From: Callorhinchus milii
Taxonomy: Eukaryota
Direction of reading: 5' to 3'
Length of the DNA stretch: 64,000 nucleotides
Assembly: GCF_018977255.1 (NCBI RefSeq)
Contig: NW_024704743.1
Location: 620,001 to 684,000, forward strand
Position numbers and translations under genes: made by a program. A model generated the notes under the pieces. That model had not been told where the DNA came from. It did not search any database and saw nothing but the letters and a program-made list of their open reading frames with translations. This document shows, in pieces, positions 56,257 through 64,000 of this stretch (position 1 is its first letter; every line of letters starts with the position of its first letter).

Positions 56257-59246
56257 CCCCCCCCCCCTCTCTCCTCTCCCCACCACCCCCCCACCACCCC
56301 AATCCAAGATCATGAAGGAACATATAAAGCTCATCAGCATGAAGTTGATCAACAGCACCGAGATCCCTCTGCACTTCAAACTGCTGGTGTGGCGGCCTTT
56401 CCGGGTCATCAAAGTGGACCTCTTGAATAAATCCTCCAAGAACGACGCTTCTAAAACCCTAGTGCTCCTCGCACAGAACTACATGCTGGTAAGTAGCGCA
56501 GCGGTTGGCTTGTTCGCCTCGCAAGCGAGAGGACCGACTGGGGTGAAGTTTCCTTACTCCGCACGTAGTATGTAGGAACCCGGTTGTTAAGTTGATTCGC
56601 TTTTTTCCGGGGTTGGGGGGGCGGCGGCAATAACGTCTTCAAAAAGCATAATAATAAGTCGGTCACTTCAACCCACGGCTGTTTGTGGGGACGCTGCTGT
56701 GCGCAATCGGCTGCCGCGTTTCGCTCAGAAAATAACACAGTCGATTCACTTGACAGTACATCCTGTGAAGCGCTTTGAGATGTCTCGAAGGCGTGATAAG
56801 GCCCCGTGTCAAAGGCGGGGATTATCATCATTGTTATTATCCTGCCTGAAGGGCGCTATGTAAATGTAAGTTGTTGTGGTGCTGAAGTTTTCCCTCTAAA
56901 TGTAAATTGTATTGCACTGCAGGTTACGGTGGGTTTCTGCACTGCTCTGGATATGCTGGATCAGGAGTCACCAGATGCGCAGAGGGTGGAGGTAGAGTTC
57001 ATCGAGTCTGCTAACAAAGACCGATACCTGAAATACACTCAAGAGCTGATAATTGAGTATAGCAACAAGTCCTCACAGGTAATCGGGAGGGAGGGAGTGA
57101 CGGAGAGTATTCATAGAGCCTTTTTCCTGCTTCATTCTTTCATACGCAGATCGCTTTCCAGGGATAATAACCCCTTCAAATAAATCGACAAACAAATAAA
57201 TAATTAGGTCACTCAATGGGATCCGCTGTGCTCTCAATTGGCTGCTGCGTTTCGTCCACAAAATATACTGTGAATTCGCTTTACAGTACAGTCCCTGAAG
57301 CGCAATCAATGACATGATGAGGCGCTGTATCAAAAGCAAGGATTATTATTATTATTATTATTATTATTGTTATTTTAGGTTCAAGCCCTAAGTTGCGGCT
57401 TAAATTCAAACGCCAAGCACAGGCTCACACTTTGGGGATGAGATGTTAAACCATTGCCAAAGGACCGTCTGCCTGTTTTTCAGACAGGTATCGAAGGTCC
57501 TTTGGTTAAGATAGTTGAGTTTCTCCTGATGTCCTGACCAACATTCCAGGGCTATTGATGGCGTCTATGTGCTGCTGAAGGTGTCAGCCCCATTTGCCCA
57601 CAGAGATACGCTTATAATTTGCCTGTCAAGTGCTGCTGGATGTTTTACAGTGAGATAGAACGCTATAAAAATGCAAATTCTCTATTTATTCAAAAAAATT
57701 GGCTTTGAACCAGGTTTCGTCATCTCCATCCACAGCACCCTCTGCTGTTGGATATCACAGTATCTCCGTAATAAACCCACGTCCTTGAGATGAGCCGAAG
57801 CCCTTTTCCGGGGCTAATAATCCCTTCAGAATAAAATAATAATAATAATTTGGTCACTCGATCTATGGTTGTTTTTGGGGATGCTCTGCTGCGCACAAAT
57901 TGGCTGCCGCTTTCCGCCCACAAAATCTACGGTCAACTCACTTTACCAGTGTATTCCGTGAAGCGCTTTGAGACGTCTCGAAGACGTGATGAGCCACTGT
58001 ATCAAATGCAAGGAATCCTGAGCTCAGATTGACGTAGTCTCTTCTCTGTAGACGATCCCTCTCTACGGTTATGTGTCTGTGCCCGGCTTTGAGCTCTCCT
58101 GCGATGACATTGACTTCGGCATCTGCCTGGTAGGGCAGACCAGAATCAAGGAGGTCTTCCTCATCAATAACACCGCGTCCAAGAGCTTCTGGACAGCAAG
58201 CTTCGGTAAGGACCACGGGCCTACCTTCAGCTCACCAAGCTTACTCCCGCTCCAGAGTATTAGTCCTGTAGCTCAGTGGTTAGAGCAGTGGGACTGTGGA
58301 CTGTGGGATAGATTTTCAAAGTTTGGGGGTAGAGTCGCTGAGTGTCTGAACCGCCTCTTTCTCCACAGATAAGTCCAAATACTACAGTGATCGGGATGCG
58401 TTTGAGTTGTCGCCCCGCAGCGGGATGATAAACCCCCGGGTCAACTCACTGATCAGCACAAGATCCGTGCTTCAGATCAACTTCACCGCCAAGTGAGTGG
58501 GTCATCATCTCCCTCTCTGCCCCCCATCCCCTTTGGAATACCGAACCGTCTCTTCGACCGCGCCTTCGTTCACCAACCGACCCCCACCCTGATCCCAACC
58601 CTCCCAGCTCGGGTGCAAGCCCCTGACTGTCCAGCGCCTTGGGACGTCCTCCCGATGTGAAGGGCGCCGTATAAATTAAAGCTGTTGTTTGAGCTCGTGT
58701 TCACGGCTGGAACCACCATCTAAGCCAATCTGTGTGACGGGATCAAATAAACAAATAAGAATAATTTGGTCACTCAACCCATGGGGACATGGGTTATGGG
58801 GACACTGCTGTGTGCAATTGTCTGCGTTTCACCCACAAAATATACACTCAATTCACTTTACAGTATATTCTGTGAAGCGCTTTGAGACGTCTCGAAGACG
58901 TGATAAGACGCGACATCAAATGCAGGGATTATTATTATACTATTATCATCATCAACCTTCCTCCCACAGTCATGGTGTGAGCGTGAGGTTCTCTAACCAT
59001 CCCCTCAGCCAGTGTGTGTGTGAGGGGATCTACCATCAGCTTCCCAACACCCCCCCCCCCCCCCCTCGCTCCCCCTCTCCCCGCGCAGTAACTAACATCA
59101 CCCTGTTTCTTGTCCACTGCAGAGACAGTCAGGAGTACAGCATAAATGTCCTCGTGCGAGGCCTATTGGGGGAGAACCCACACACCCTGTCAGTCAGCGG
59201 CAGCGGCTCGTATGACGGAAGATACGAGGCCTTCTGTACCCCGTGA
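22005..59246 (+). CDS. DLEC1: DLEC1 / CFAP81 cilia- and flagella-associated protein, 39 coding exons, about 1740 aa
   Basis: Phase-consistent GT-AG exons: 22005-22121 (putative first, least certain), 24435-24530, 25374-25514, 27658-27814, 29262-29372, 31200-31381, 32208-32428, 33038-33122, 33719-33806, 34890-35063, 35515-35651, 35935-36027, 36751-36841, 37222-37384, 38331-38523, 39496-39578, 40320-40494, 42209-42302, 42790-42920, 43362-43520, 44022-44161, 44405-44558, 46902-47012, 48062-48192, 48903-49076, 50296-50366, 51036-51187, 51530-51645, 52356-52426, 52748-52968, 53601-53735, 54123-54245, 54742-54836, 55414-55513, 56309-56488, 56923-57078, 58052-58205, 58369-58492, 59123-59246 (5223 nt). 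Recognisable motifs: RTQDISHLL, HNFLKNPRF, GKFPGVGGIVAPGMTCQY, CDNCQ, NMWGNYHD, GSGSYD. Confidence 0.92.
26597..27000 (+). mobile_element. tRNA-derived SINE, near full length
   Basis: GAGTCCTG head, box B GGTTCGATCCC, L2-like tail ending in (TTA)n. Confidence 0.85.
31487..32062. mobile_element. Two tRNA-SINE copies in tail-to-tail inverted orientation
   Basis: Plus copy 31487-~31780 abuts minus copy ~31785-32062. Confidence 0.85.
34380..34660 (-). mobile_element. tRNA-SINE, centrally deleted subfamily
   Basis: Reverse complement of the copy at 46389-46715; lacks the central segment. Confidence 0.85.
38958..39310 (+). mobile_element. tRNA-derived SINE, near full length
   Basis: Same head, body and tail as the other copies. 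Confidence 0.85.
44595..44782. repeat. ~16-bp minisatellite (AAAATACCTGCCCTAT)
   Basis: About 11 degenerate tandem copies. Confidence 0.85.
46389..46715 (+). mobile_element. tRNA-SINE, centrally deleted subfamily, intact head and (TTA)n tail
   Basis: GAGTCCTGTAGCTCAGTGGTTAGAGCA head; CACACAGAGCC joined directly to TAATAATAATCCC. Confidence 0.88.
47090..47505 (+). mobile_element. L2-clade LINE 3' fragment (one of many, e.g. 5420-5640, 11345-11595, 17360-17670, 21570-21900, 35680-35925, 41650-41975, 54950-55270)
   Basis: Degenerate ORF2 C-terminus (LHWLPIPERIDFKILTL ... AFSHYAPRLWNSLP..LRL..S...F) plus a tail ending in (TTG)n. Confidence 0.8.
48368..48745 (+). mobile_element. tRNA-derived SINE, near full length
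   Basis: Head, body and tail as above. Confidence 0.85.
51655..51970 (+). mobile_element. CR1-clade LINE 3' fragment (others at ~13370-13560, 28540-28780, 41030-41510, 60540-60915)
   Basis: FF.QRV...WN.LP-type ORF2 end and GGGCCGAATGGCCTCCTTCTGTGCTG 3' UTR. Confidence 0.78.
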
Positions 59247-59360
59247 CTCCCGGAGCCGGGAGCTCACACGGCAATCAATCGAGCGCGACAATATCCAGAA
59301 CAATAGTTAAGAGAGTCGAGGTTTCAGAGCCACTGCAGCTACACAGATATCAGACTGGGG

Positions 59361-59366
59361 AATAAA
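59361..59366 (+). terminator. Putative DLEC1 polyadenylation signal (AATAAA)
   Basis: Canonical AATAAA 115 nt after the DLEC1 stop, followed by a T-rich tract near 59390. Confidence 0.55.
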
Positions 59367-60630
59367 GTTTTGAAACGTTAGACCTCTCGTATTTTATTTA
59401 TAAATTCTCAGCCCGGCCCTACCGAGCGTTTCCACCTCTTACAGAAGCTGACAGAACACGCCCAGCGAGCGAGCGGGCGGGCGAGAGGACCCGGGTTCGA
59501 TTCCCGGCCGCCAGGGCAAAAACCTTGGACAGGGTTTTCCTTACTCCACACGCGCACCCGCGCGCACACGCCTCTGTGTGCCAAGCGGTAAGTGGGAACC
59601 TAGTCAGCAGGTGGTTAGTCAACTGGAGGATCGCTGTCCAGGGGTATTACACCCTCCGAAAAATATTAATAATTATGGTCCACAAAATATACAGTACGTT
59701 CTGTGAAGCACTTTGTGACATCTCAACTTCACGACAAGGCTCTGTAATCAAACGCCAGGATTATCATTATTATCAATTTGGTCGCTCAATCCACGGCTGT
59801 TTGTGGGGGAACGCTGCTGTGCGCGATTGGCTGCCGCGTTTCGCCCACACACCACACAGTCGATTCGCTTCACGGTATATTCTGTGAAGCGCTTTGAGAT
59901 ACTAAATCCAAGGATTATTAGTATTATTATTAATTATTTATTATTATGAACTTCATGATTGATGCTCCTTTTTAAAAAAAATCTCCGTTTCTATATTAAA
60001 ATCGCATTAATATTTCCAAAATCTTAACACAGCAGAACCCGCAGGACACCGCAGGGGGCACAGGAAAGGCAACGTGAGCTCACCCAGGCTGAGGGGTCTC
60101 CTTCAAAAACATACAGTCAATTCACTACATCAGTTACAAAGATTATTACTATTATTATTATCATCAAAATGGCTGAAAGGCCTTCTTTGTTCAGGACAGA
60201 AACCAGGAAAGTATTTATTTTACCCAGAGGGTAATTAACGACTGGGACAGGTTAAAAAGGACACTTGTCTGAACAGCAGTTGTGGATGCTGTGATGGGGG
60301 TGGGGTTGGTGGGGTTGGTGGGGGGAACGGGACGGTGGGGTTGGGTGGGGTGGGGGTTCCGGAGAGGATGAGATCAAATCCAGGGGGAGACGGAGGGGGG
60401 TTGGTGACCGGAAGCACAATCAAAAAGGTCTTCAGACGGGATATGACAGTGGGGAGAGAGGGAGGGGGTAAAGCGGAGGGATTGAGTGAGATAGTTTCGG
60501 GGGGTAGTGGCTGAAGGGGACAATTCGGAGGGATCCAGTGTTATAGAAACATAGAACCTTACAGCACAGAAGGAGGCCATTCGGCCCATCGTGCCTGTGC
60601 CGACTCTTCGTAAGAGCTACCAACGGGGGA

Positions 60631-60868
60631 GTCCCACTCCCCCACTCTTACCCCAACTAGTCCCCACTCTCCCGCTCTTTCCCCAACTAGTCCCCCACTC
60701 CCCCGCTCTTACCCCAACTAGTCCCCACTCTCCCGCTCTTACCCCAACTAGTCCCCACTCCCCCGCTCTTACCCCAACTAGTCCCCACTCTCCCGCTCTT
60801 ACCCCAACTAGTCCCCACTCTCCCGCTCTTTCCCCAACTAGTCCCCACTCCCCCGCTCTTACCCCATA
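60631..60868. repeat. 30-bp minisatellite (GTCCCCACTCYCCCGCTCTTACCCCAACTA), about 8 copies, inside a CR1 3' tail
   Basis: Tandem copies flanked by CR1-tail sequence. Confidence 0.92.
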
Positions 60869-60990
60869 GCCCTGCAAGGTTTTCCTTTTTGAAACCGTTG
60901 TCCAATTCCCTTAACCTTTGAAAGTTAGTATGTTAACTCTTTTGGGGACACCCTCTTTTCCCCCCTCACTGGCCTTGGGCTTATTCCTTT

Positions 60991-64000
<3,010 letters not shown>

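Overview
Eukaryotic vertebrate genomic DNA, not prokaryotic. The dense tRNA-SINE, L2 and CR1 repeat content suggests a cartilaginous fish; this is inference. I read four intron-containing genes by hand from GT-AG boundaries with phase continuity: a villin-like gene (+), the 3' half of phospholipase C delta 1 (-), an apparently complete DLEC1/CFAP81 (+, 39 coding exons, about 1740 aa) and the 3' part of peroxisomal thiolase ACAA1 (-). Order and orientation match the human 3p22 VILL-PLCD1-DLEC1-ACAA1 block. There are two structural anomalies. (1) The villin locus has a duplicated G6 segment next to a 25-N gap, and its 5' exons are joined through a broken SINE directly into the middle of the G6 exon. 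(2) The PH/EF/X-domain exons of PLCD1 and the PLCD1/DLEC1 promoter interval are absent. Both may be assembly errors or real deletions. The most original sequence-level observations are minisatellites built from amplified splice-donor junctions in PLCD1 and inverted SINE heads bracketing a frame-neutral ACAA1 exon. Nearly all ORFs in the supplied track are spurious (repeats, microsatellites). I see no evidence of a new multi-gene system.
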